From Octopus vulgaris (Eukaryota), in NCBI GenBank assembly GCA_951406725.2, contig OX597817.1, forward strand, positions 111,786,001 through 111,850,000: DNA of 64,000 bases, written 5' to 3'. The notes under the pieces were generated by a model that was given only the letters and a program-made list of their open reading frames with translations, made no database searches and had not been told where the DNA came from. A program made the position numbers and the translations under genes. Positions 39,781-51,200 of the stretch are shown here, one piece after another; positions within the stretch are counted from its first letter, which is position 1; each line of letters begins with the position of its first letter.

Positions 39781-42700
39781 GATAGATGGGTGAGTGAAAT
39801 TCAGCTGATGTTTTTAGTAAGTTATGCTTTATTTTCGTACACGTGTTGTGTCTGAAGTACTGAACCAGTGACTCTTGGTTAAATACTTTATTCTTGAAAA
39901 TACTATGGCTTATTTTCTGTTATATTGTTTTATACTATGTAATATGGTTGGATATGATGAAACTAAATGCTCCCTCTTCTGAAATATCTATTGAGGATTG
40001 CAATAACTGACCCAACCGTATTTTGTTACCCCCAAGTTTTCAACCATGAAGTGAAGCATTAAAATATATTACAAGGTGAAAAATATTATTTTCCTTAGTG
40101 GAAAAAGTGGGGAGATTCTCTTTTGCAAAAGAGATAATCTCACTGCAACATAGTTTTTTGTCTCAAATATTGCTTTCTTCTTGAACATAGTTTATTCCAT
40201 TTAGTGAATTTTTCTTAAAGACAATGGTAGTTACACTAGGTATCTGAATATTGGGGCAGGCTAAATTTCAAGTGCATGTAGGACTGCTTGTTTTATTTAT
40301 TTATATATATATAGATAGATGGGTGAGATTCAGCTGATGTTTTTAGTAAGTTATGCTTTATTTTCATACATGTGTTGTGTCTGAAGTACCTGAATGATCC
40401 AATTTTGTGATATTAGTGATCATTAGGTCTAACCTAGCTAAAGCATGCCGTCCTTATATTTTACTCCTTATTTCTAAGGAGTAAGTACACTTGTTTGGTA
40501 ATGTTCTGGTTGTAATGTTATTTTAAACAATGGAGTTGTTTGGTTGGGATAGATGCTCCTCCCTTTCCTGAAATACTTTTTGAGGGTTATAGTAACTAGT
40601 CCAATTGAGGCTAAGAAGTGTACAAAATTGGCATTGCCTGTAGAAACAGTAATACTGTTATTTAACCCGTTATTCAGCTTCAGTGAAATGTAATGCTTAT
40701 TCATGATTTTGAGAATATGATATTGTGATTGTTTTTTTTTTAAATGACATTGTAGGGTAGGTGAGAGAAGCACGATCTTGTCAGTTTGAACATAAAGCAG
40801 AATATTTGGGCTGGAAATAACAGGTTTAAATGCTAAAAGATTGAATCTAAATTGACTTCTGTGAAAATAGTTGTTTATTCATTTTTTTTAACTTTGCTAA
40901 TTTTATAGATATTATCACAGTGAAGTTTTGTCTTTCTTTTCAGGTTGAAGACAGCAAGAAGTTAGGCGAATGGGCTGGTCTTCGTCGTATTGATGTTGAA
41001 GGCAAAGCCAGAAAAGTGAATGGATGTGGCTGTGTTGTTGTAAAGGTAATGCAATCTATTCTATGATATAGTCTATTTTTAGAAATTTCTTTTAAATACT
41101 GTTTTATAAGCAGTGGCTTCATAGGTTATGAAGTTTCAAGGATGTGTTGGATAAATAACAAAGTATTTTTATTTGAAACACTGATCTGTTTGCAACCCCA
41201 GCGTCCTGTGGTTGTGAAGTGAACTCCTTGACTTCAAAGCCATGATTTTGTTCATTTTAATTCAGAGAGAGGGAAAATTTGTTTCTCTCTAGAGAATTGA
41301 ATTTTAGTGAAGAATTGCCTTTGATGTCATGATTGAAATAGTTTGCCCAAAAATGATTGAAAGATGATTTTAGAAAGTAAATGAATTTTCTGGAATTCCT
41401 CAGTTATTAGATATTAAGTTGCTTTTATTGTTTTGTATATAGTCTTGATAGGAATATGTAATGTTGATTTCTAAATTTGGCACAAAGCCATCAATTTCGG
41501 GGGAGGTGGTGAGTGAATTACATTGACCCTCAGTACTCAACTGGTATTTATTTTACCAACTCTGAAGAGATGAGGAGCAAAGTTGATCTTAGTGAAATTT
41601 CAACTCAAAGTGGAGATGGATGAAATCATTTTGCCCAGCATGCTAACAATTCTGCCAGCTCGCCACTTTGTTGGTTATGTAATGTTACTAGAAGTGAAGT
41701 ACTTGAAATATTCAGGGATACGACTTTTCTTTGCAGGTTACGTTTGCAATTCTGTCTTAACATTACTCATCCAATTGTTGAGTATTTTAACTCCCTCTGA
41801 CTTATAGGTTCTTGTATTGTGATTTGAACAACAGACCAGTGACTCTTGGTTAAATACTTTATTCTTGAAAATACTATGGCTTATTTTCTGTTGCATTGTT
41901 TTATACTATGTAATATGGTTGGATATGATGAAACTAAATGCTCCCTCTTCTGAAATATCTATTGAGGATTGCAATAACTGACCCAACCGTATTTTGTTAC
42001 CCCCAAGTTTTCAACCATGAAGTGAGGCATTAAAATATGTCACAAGGTGAAAAATATTGTTTTGCTTAGTGGAAAAAATGGAGAGATTCTCTTTTGCAAA
42101 AGAGATCTTACTGCAACATTAAAAAAAAACTGAAGTTACAAGAAGTTATTCACAACTCCCAACATATTAAACTGCCTTGTTCTCACGTTAAATATGACTT
42201 TACTGTCACAAAGAAATTATCAAGCTTAATAACAATCTATTAAGCAACAACTACCCCATATACATACTATCCACTCCAATTATGAAAAAAAAGAGGGGAT
42301 GGAACCAATAAACTCTCCACTGTCTGTCTACCCTATGTGAAAGGCCTCTCTCAAACGATACAAGTATTCAAGAGTAATACAACACTTCGCAAATATCTCC
42401 TTCGAGTAAAACCACCAATAGAAGAGAATATGACCAAAAACTGCGTACTCCATCCCATGCAGCTGTGGTAGGTTACGCAAAGGTGACACATGCCACCCCA
42501 TCAAAATAAGGGTGGACGAACATGGCAAAGCTGTGACATGAGATATTGATAAATCAGATATAGCTGATCATGTATGGAATAATGGAGACCACTGGAAAAT
42601 ACGAAAACTAAACAGAAGCAGCCCATATGCTAGGACACAACAACCTCCTAAGTGCAGATATGAGTAGCATATGGGAACCAGTATTAAGGAAGGATAGGAA

Positions 42701-43273
42701 AATATTAGATTTATAAGCCTTAAAATTCACTCCATAATTGCCCATGAGCATTGTGGTGAACTCGGGCTACTAACCCCAAGATTCCAAGTTTGATTCCTGG
42801 CAGTGATCTGAATAATAACATCGAAAAATACCTTAGGAATGAGAACCCAGATTCGAAATTTCCTCCAAGATACCTGATGAAGGCTGGAGGGTATATAAGC
42901 CGAAACATGTTAACAACAAAGATGAGAGCAAATATCCATCAAATGCAAATAATGTACATTTCCCATCTCTTAAATATAGGACTGAAAGAAGTAAAGTTAT
43001 ATCACAATTGACTTGGATAAATGAAATTATTTGTATGTGTTTAAAAAAATTTAGGACAAAGTATAATTTGCAGCTTGGTGTAAATTTTGTGTGCTATATC
43101 ATCTTATTGCTCAGCAGGTATGACTATGTTGGTCTTTGATGCAACTAGTGTTTTAAGTACCTAACATTTTGTTCTTCAGAGTTAAATTTTTGCTATTTGT
43201 TTTATTTCAGGACTATGGAAAAGAATCACAAGCACTTGATGTTTTGAATGAATATTTCAAGTCCAAGAAATAA
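34959..43273 (+). CDS. RPS12: 40S ribosomal protein S12 (eS12), 136 aa
   Basis: Exons 34959-34975, 35246-35371, 35853-35955, 40944-41045, 43211-43273; all introns GT-AG with consistent phases (411 nt). Peptide [82 protein letters not shown] at 43308-43313. Confidence 0.97.
35462..35731. repeat. ~60-bp inverted repeat (MITE-like) in an RPS12 intron
   Basis: gcattccttcaatataactcgacaaaatcaaaacatttcactt...tttccgtgg versus ccacggaaat...aagtgaaatgttttgattttgtcgagttatatcgaaagaatgc. Confidence 0.85.
37091..37120 (+). pseudogene. Truncated SNORD100-like copy
   Basis: atgataa (mutated box C) followed by the guide aatgctccctct; no 3' half. Confidence 0.5.
37731..37799 (+). ncRNA. SNORD100: Box C/D snoRNA, SNORD100-like (copy 1)
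   Basis: Box C gtgatga 37738-44; guide atgctccctcta; D' ctga 37763-66; C' atgagga 37774-80; D ctga 37790-93; terminal stem ttggg/cccaa. GCTCCCTCTACTGA..ATGAGGA matches recalled vertebrate SNORD100, which is also hosted in RPS12. Confidence 0.88.
38521..38585 (+). ncRNA. Diverged SNORD100-like copy (possible pseudogene)
   Basis: Terminal stem tgttggat/atccagca, guide-like ggctctcttta, ggattgc and box D ctga are retained. Box C has decayed to atgaccg and D' to atga. Confidence 0.6.
39045..39126 (+). ncRNA. SNORD100: Box C/D snoRNA, SNORD100-like (copy 2)
   Basis: C atgatga 39058-64; guide atgctccctctt; D' ctga; C' ttgagga; D ctga 39111-14; long stem aatatggttgg/ccaaccgtatt. Confidence 0.85.
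39551..39612 (+). pseudogene. Decayed SNORD100-like copy
   Basis: aatgctctctctctctcctaa...atgaagattgcaatgattcacc. The guide has turned into (CT)n and all boxes are mutated. Confidence 0.5.
39941..40022 (+). ncRNA. SNORD100: Box C/D snoRNA, SNORD100-like (copy 3)
   Basis: Differs from copy 2 at about two positions; all boxes and the terminal stem are intact. Confidence 0.85.
41912..41993 (+). ncRNA. SNORD100: Box C/D snoRNA, SNORD100-like (copy 4, last intron)
   Basis: Identical by eye to copy 3; lies in intron 41046-43210. Confidence 0.85.
42121..42980 (+). mobile_element. Penelope-like element remnant (GIY-YIG endonuclease plus terminal repeat with hammerhead motif)
   Basis: From 42328, across frameshifts: [74 protein letters not shown]-ggct..agcc-GAAAC at 42874-42906. 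Confidence 0.85.
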
Positions 43274-45539
43274 CTTCTTATAGCATTCTGTGAGCATATG
43301 CTATGTTAATAAAGTGTTTGTAAAACAGACTTTCACTGTATTGTTTCAGTTCGGCTTGGTATTTTAATAAATGTCCTGATAAATACTTAAGGTGACAAAA
43401 ATTCAAATCACCATAAAATACTTGAGATCTGGGCTACATGTTGAATGTGGCAGTATAGCAGCAGGGTCACTAGCTTAATTGCTGGAATAATAGCAGCTGT
43501 GTGTAAGGAGCATAAAATACTAGAATACTATATTTCTGGACTTAGGTGCTTTTGTTTCTATTCAGTGTAGCAGGCTGTATTTAAATTGGCCAGTTTTGTC
43601 TAATATTGCCATCTGTTTAAAGATAAATATCTGATCTTTGATGTCTAGTTCCTGTTTTGAGTTTTCTTCATGCAAATTCCACTTGCTAGATATCTTCCAA
43701 GATTAGGAGACAATGTGATTATTTTAGCCTGATGACATTGCCAGGCCTTGTGATATTGGGTGGATGGGGGATAAATCTGACTGCCATATTGGAAACTGAA
43801 CTATTTGTAAAGTAATTGTAGAATGCTTTCCTTCCAGATAACTAGCGTTAGTTTTGGTGTAGTCCACCTATTGCCTCCATTTGTTGTTAATGACATATGC
43901 TGACTAAATTTGGTTTGACAGTGTTCTCTCAGCATTCTCTTTTAGTCCAATAACTGAACCATACAAGTTTAAAATCCAGCAGTGAATTAGTTTCGAGGCT
44001 GATTGCTTAGTTCCCTTTCCTTTCACTCAAATTTGACATTTATGCCCCATTTCATTGGATTTGTACTGTTGACGTACATAGCAGATGACTTTGAAGGGAT
44101 CTAAAGGATGAAGTGATTAAAGCAAATGTCAATGCTGGATGACATGGAAGAGGTAAGGAACTACTGCACTAATAAAGTACAGACAGACATGATAAAGGTT
44201 GTTATCCACTGGAATTTTTGGAACAACTTATGTCACAAAATTTCTTTCCTCAATTTTTGCAATTTGATAATGTGGAATGGCACTAATTCCCAATTAAGTG
44301 CTTGCATTAAAACTGATTTAGAATTTGATCTTTGTCCCAGATCTTACTTTAAATCTATATTTTCATGGTGTTTATTCCATCCTTTGTGTGTGCTTTTAAC
44401 CTTGTCACTCTGTACTCCCACTTGAATGGGAATAGGATGTCATCTCTGAATTCTTGATAAAGCTATAACAAACACATAGAAAAAAAATATAGCTGATTTT
44501 GTTCAGTTTGGTTGCAACCATTACCCTTGAGTTGCATATGCAACATTTTTTTTGTTTTGCTCAGGTGGAGGGTTAGGATGGTTGATAGTAAAGTAGGTCA
44601 GATTTGACATTTCTAGCAGGTCACCTATGTAGAAGCTGGGACATTGTTGAATGTCAGTTTACTAGCATACCTGTCATCAAAAAAATGGGAGAAACCACTG
44701 GTAAATGTTAAGTATATACACATTCATATGCAATATTGAATAATATACTAATAAAGACAATCTGTTAATACATGCTCACATGGATCAGACAGATTTTGTA
44801 CTGTTGGATGTAATTCCTGTTGCCAACCTGATCCAGTTAAGGTAATATTTCACCATGTTCAGACATGATTACATGTAAGATTGGAAATGATGCTCTGTAT
44901 GGGTAAATCAAACTTCCATCAAGTCTATCGTTGGTGTAAACTGTCTCGTAGTTCCTGACTATGGTTTATATATGCACATGTAACAACTTAAGGGCAACTG
45001 AATAAATTTGTGACATGCAAAGTCCCTTCTCAACCTAAAGTGACATGGTGGTTTGAATGGCGTAGTTGACAGGGCCAGGAGAGCAGAAATGGAACTCCAT
45101 CTGCCAATAGGTACTTTTATTTCTGGTTGAACAAAGGACCAGCGATTCTTCCTTAAATACTTTGTCCTTGAAAATACTGAGACATTTTCGGTTGTATGAG
45201 CATAAGGCCTGACAGTAAAGTCATATTTAACATGTTGGGAGTTGTTAGTAACGTCTTGTAACTTCAATTTTCTGATCCTTGAGGATTGTACAGCCTAAAT
45301 AATGGTATTGTCGAGCGGATATGTACAATTGATATTATATGTTAGCTCTTAAAACTTGTAGCCTAGTAAGTTCTCCTTAGAACAACACATTGCTTAGTCT
45401 GCCTAATATAGATCCAGCTGTCCAAATGGACAGTAGCTTGGTAGATAAAGCAGTTAATAGGAAAATGGAAAACCTGGCCCATCAGGAATCACCACCAAGA
45501 TCCTTAAAATATCTGGCCTAGTCACCTGCATAGTTAATC

Positions 45540-46210
45540 AGGTTGTCCATAAGGGAGTCATACCCAACTGGTGTAGCAGTACCATAATCTACAGCTACAA
45601 AGGTTCAGGCGATGCCTAACACAAATAATTACAGAGGTATCAAACTGCTGGACTGGGTAATGAAAGTTATAGAAAAGGCTATAGTGCAAATAATTGGGAG
45701 AACCTAGATGAGATGTAGTTTGGTTTTGTATCTCGGAGAATGTGCTACTTTCCTTGTAAGGCAACTGCAGAAGTATTTGGTCAAAAATAAACTTGTACTC
45801 CCTTATCTGGTGGTCAATGCAGAAGCTAGGGATAGAAGAGTGGTTAGTGCAAGTTGCCAGTAAGGTAAAGGTTGGCAACAAGTGTAGTTCTCGGGGGCCC
45901 CCTCTTGTTTATCATAGACCTCCAGGCCATAGCAGGAATTCGAGACTGGGAACACCTCTACATTGATAGCTTTATGGCTGAATCACTACCTGACTTAGAT
46001 TTAAGAGGAAAACTGAATGCAAGAGAGAAGACTGCTGGTTTGGTCATGTGATACTTATGGATGAGGACAGCTTTGTAAAGTGCCAATCTTAAATTGTGGA
46101 AGGGGGTAGACTCAGGATGAAGTGGTTAGAAAGGATATTCAGATGCTGGGCCTCCCTGACAAAGTGACTTGGAGAATGAGAGTTGTGGCAATTTGCTGTA
46201 CCTGGGATGT
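45540..46210 (+). mobile_element. RTE-clade LINE fragments, heavily decayed
   Basis: Contains aattacagaggtatcaaactgctgg (NYRGIKLL) and ctggtttggtcatgtg..atggatgaggacagct, homologous to 61729-61941. Confidence 0.65.
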
Positions 46211-46879
46211 GTCAAGCTTAGTCAAATCACTGTCATCCACACATATAGGCTTGTCTTTCACAAGTTTGGTATGTAAAAAGCACTCTGCAGACTGTAAAGG
46301 GTTTGGGATTAGGATGGGCATCCAGCTACAGCAGACAATAGGAGTCTGGACAGCTGTCAAACTGTCCTTCCCATGCCAGCATGAAAAATGGATGTTAAAT
46401 GATGATATAGAGATGCATATATGGTGGGCTTCTTTCAGTTTCCTGGGCTATAGTTGAAAACACTCAAGGTTCCTATACATGTCTATTTTATTGCCTTTTA
46501 TTTGTTTCAATTAGACTGCGACCATGTAATATAGGGCAGGGCTTTTAGTCACATGAATTGACCCCCAGTATTCATTTTTTTCGGCCTGATACATATCTCA
46601 CTACAGTAACATGTAAACAAACAGCAGTGGTGGGGGCAAGGCACACAGCAGGTTTCTTTCAGCTTCAGTCTACCAATTCCACTCACAAGACAGTCAGCCA
46701 GAGCTAGCACGATTGAGCAGCAAACTTCTATATACATATGCACGTGTCATCCTTTACTTGGGGAAAAATGTCAGGAAAGACACATGGAAAAACGGACTAA
46801 AGCAAAAAAGAGGAATATATATAGATGTTATAGGAGTGATATTTTGAAAATGTGTAAGATTAATTTCATATATTTTTAA

Positions 46880-47565
46880 ATGTGTAATGTCAGTGTGTAC
46901 ACAAGTGTAAGCACCCTGAGAGAAATGTTGGACGTAAGAAGCATCAGATATAGTGTGCAAGTGAGACAACTGCATTGGTATGATCATGTACTGTCTGAAG
47001 AAGTGCCACTCCCTAACAGTGGAAGGAACCCATAGAAGAGGAAGACATGGGATGAGTTGGTGAAGCATAACCTTCAAACATTGAGCCTCACAGAGGCAAT
47101 GACAAAAGACCAAAACCACTGGAGATATGCTGTGATTGAGAAGATCCAGCAAGTAAAGTGAGATTACTGCCGTTGCATAACCAGCCCATTTAAAATGTAC
47201 CTCTGAATTGTTGGGCAACACACCATGCTTGAGACCTATTGAGTCAAGTAATATCAAATCATAATGGAAATTGTAGTTGTGGCTGATGTCAGTGTCACCT
47301 GACTGGCCCCTGTGCATGTGTGGGTCAATGCCAGTGCTGCCTGACTGGTGGCACATATGCCAGCCCCCACCTCAAGACTCGCTCCTGTACCGGTGGCACG
47401 TAAAAAGCACCCACTACACTCAAGAGTGGTTGGTGTTAGGAAGGGCATCCAGCTGTAGAAACCTTGCCAGATCAGATTGGAGTCTAGTGCAGCCTTCTGA
47501 CTGGCCAGTCCCCAGTCAAACTGTCCAACACATGCCAGCATGGGAAACAGACATTAAATGATGAT
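46880..47565 (+). mobile_element. RTE-clade LINE 3' end
   Basis: Homologous in reverse to 61100-61945; ends with acattaaatgatgat. Confidence 0.75.
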
Positions 47566-48243
47566 TTGTGTGTATTAGAGTGAAATTGTTGAAATAAACA
47601 ATTTATGATAAATATTTGCACAGTAACTTCAGAGCAAAACCTTTTACTACAGTTTGCCTGCACTTTGTATCTCTGGCTGTCACTCACTCACACTGTTGTT
47701 TTATTCTCCTACCAGCATAACTGATGAGACACATTCTATTTTATTATATTTAAGATTTTGAGGTGAAGTGCAAGTGGTGCTAATATTTATATGGGACATA
47801 AGTTGTAAAATATGGTGTTGCCAAGAGAAAAGACAGGTGTTCCAAAACTTTAGCCTACAACCCATTCATATATAATAATTTCCATGGAATGTGGAATTCT
47901 GCACATCCCCTGGAAATTATCTTGGTTTAATTTCTATATTCTCCCTAATAAACTTCACTGAATTCAGTATTCTGCAATTTCATGACACCTAACTCCTAGG
48001 ATGAGGTAAATATGACTGGAATATCTTTGACCATGGGACCTCATGCAACTGTAGCACAAGATATGACAACCACAGGTTTGATTTACTAGACTTCATAAGG
48101 AAAGTACAATCTTCTAAAGCCAACTTGATCAGTGGAAATAGGTTTTTTACATGGCCAATTAAAAGCATGTTAAGAAATAAAAATGACAAGGAATATTTAC
48201 AAGTTTTTATCTTCAAAAAAAACCATACATTTTTGAATATCAT

Positions 48244-51200
48244 TCAATCCATGATACTTTGACTCCATTGATTGCCATATTCTGTACCAAATAAACCTCG
48301 GCACTGCATTGAGTATTCTTTCACAAGTTCACGCACTCGTCTTCTGTTAACTCTCTCCCTTAAAAGACAAGCAAAATAGGAATTCAAATTGGTGCTAAAC
48401 TCAAAAGTTGATGTTACTATTAAAAGTAAGGCGTTTTTTTCATTATTACTCTATATTGCATGTCATTTTCTTCATTTGGTCTTTTGAAATGACTAAATAT
48501 AAACTTTCAAATTATAATTTATGGAAAATTCATTTGGAAACTGGGCAATGTCCATACAACAAAATTTGATAAAAATTGATTAGCTTGTTTCCTCATTGAT
48601 CATAAAATGAGTGAATCAAGGCAAAATCAGGAGGATGGTAGATGTCAGTGATGCCATTGCAAAGATTCTCATACAAAAATCCATTTTGTTTTTGGCTGGT
48701 ATGCACCAGGTGAAATTTGAGGCACATTAACCTACACCTGTTTCTAAGTAACATTACATAACCCCTAAATTCTTTGAACACTAACAACACAATGGCTGGA
48801 CATGATTTCATTGATTACTGAGGAATGACTCTGACATTTGTCTATAACTAGCACATGATGTCAAAACAAGGAAACATTAACATATATATATATATATACA
48901 TGCATACATACACAACTGGTTTCAGTTTCTGTGAGCCAAATCAACTCACAATGCTTTGATCATATAATAGAAGATACTTATCCAAAGTGTCATGTCATGT
49001 CATGGGTTGAAAATCATGTGGTTTGTGGCTTTCACATGAACTTCTTACCACACAATTTTGCCTGCACCTTCAGGTGCAAAAGAATATGTTTTTGAAGAAC
49101 AAATTCATAGTTATAATAACTAAAATTCATACAAATGTTTTTTATCCTATTTTTTTTTTTTTTTTGAAACAATGGGTAATAATATAGAAGTCAACCCAAA
49201 AAGAAAAAAAATTATTACCTTAAAACACAAGTATAAAAATGTTTTCTTTGATCTTTAGATTGTTTGGTTAGAGGCCTATCATCTCTGGAAATGACGTTGT
49301 TCATAAATTTTGTCAATTCTTCGATATGTAGTTTATTTAGGGCAAGTAGTACATCAGCATATTGATCAAGAACTGACCTGGGACATTCTCCTTCAATACC
49401 CTGAAATACATCACACCAATTTTTCAGTGCATTTTAATGATGTAATTAGATAATCTGATAAAGTATGATGACTCACATTTGTAAAACAAAAGCAATAAGA
49501 TCTTGTAATGTTCATGCATTTGCAGTAGCAAAAATTTGACATTCTCTGCTAAGCTGGAAAATTGAAACTTGTAAAATAAGCATTTAAATTAAACAAAACT
49601 TTATTTGCATTGAAACTTCTGACTAATTTTTCATTCCTAATTATAAAAGATTACATTATGTTTATAGAATGAATCAGATATAACTAAACTTTATTAAGAA
49701 TGGAACTATCAGGTTAAATCTCACTTCTGGTGTTTCCAAAGAACACTCATATTCATAAGGCTTCACTGGTACATTATGACAATGGTTTATATAGAACTCT
49801 TTTGGCACATTAGTAATTAAATTTGGTATCAATTTACAGTTAGGTGAACTGAGCCATTTTGAAAGTTCTACAGTTCCATAACCATATACTACTAACCTTT
49901 TGACTGGATGTTTGCTCTCCTAAACATTAGACCTCCTTATGGGATTCTACACCGATTCTGACAGACAGGCTTCACTCACAAGATTTTGATTGAGCAAAGG
50001 CTATGATACAAGGAAGTAGCTTATGGAATTGAAAATGGAACCATGCTGTTGTAAAGTATACAGCTTAACCACCATAGTTAACTACCTGGAGATTTTAGAA
50101 TTATTACTTCACTGAATATAAATATGATGGCCAAGAATTTATGAAACTGAAAAGTTATTTTAGCATACAATTGTCATAAGATCAAAGTTAAAAACTGTTT
50201 TCGTATACGAGTTGGAATACATGGTTGTCTTACTTTAAATGGAGATGTATATTTTTTGTCACTCACCTTTAGCAGCTGTCCAATTAAGTTACTGCTATAC
50301 TTTTGTATAACACATTTTACCCAGGGTACTTCACATGCAAAACTAAAGAATTCTTGCTGCAAATGATAAAAAAAAACCTTTTTAGGTAAAGTTCATCATC
50401 ATCATTTAACATCCGTTTCCCATGCTAGCATGGGTTGGATGGTTTGACATGTGCTAATACAAGGATTTATAGGCTGTTTTGGCTTTGTTTCTATAGCTGG
50501 ATGCCCTTTCTAATGCTGACCACTTTACAGAATGTATTGGGTACTTTTTACATGGCACCAGCACCCTTCATGAGAAAGCACTACCAAGGTGGTTTTAGAA
50601 TATCAGTAAAGAAATGATTCCTATTATTTATTTTAGATTTTTCCACCAGTATGATATATATCGTGGACAAAGGTATGTAGCTGGTTCTCTCATAGTGTGT
50701 ATTCACCAGGAGCAAATGTCTTCTAAATTAACCTTGTGCTGACTAAATGATTCAAAAGTGAAATTTAGCAGACAGAAACGTTAGCGGTATTTCGTCTGCC
50801 GTTACGTTCTGAGTTCTGAGTTCAAATTCTGCCGAGGTCGACTTTGCCTTTCATCCTTTCGGGGTCGATAAATTAAGTACCACTTACGCACTGGGGTCGA
50901 TGTAATCGACTTAATCCGTTTGTCTGTACTTGTTTGTCCCCTCTGTGTTTAGCCCATTGTGGGTAATAAAGAAATAGGTATTTCGTTTGCCGTTACGTTC
51001 TGAGTTCAAATTCCACCGAGGTTGACTTTGCCTTTCATCCTTTCAGGGTCAATAAATTAAGAAGCAGTTATGCACTGGGGTTGATGTAATCGACTTAATA
51101 CCTTTGTCTGTCCTTGTTTGTCCCCTTGTGGGCAATAAAGAAATAAGAAACTGTGCAGAAGCCTGTCATCAACTAAATGGTTTCAGGTTCGATCTCACTG

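Larger units (their letters stand above)
39027..42119 (+). repeat. Triplicated ~230-280-bp intronic cassette (39027-39330, 39864-40260, 41836-42119), plus duplicated 39706-39860 / 40260-40389
   Basis: Near-identical direct repeats read by eye; each carries one snoRNA copy. Confidence 0.9.
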
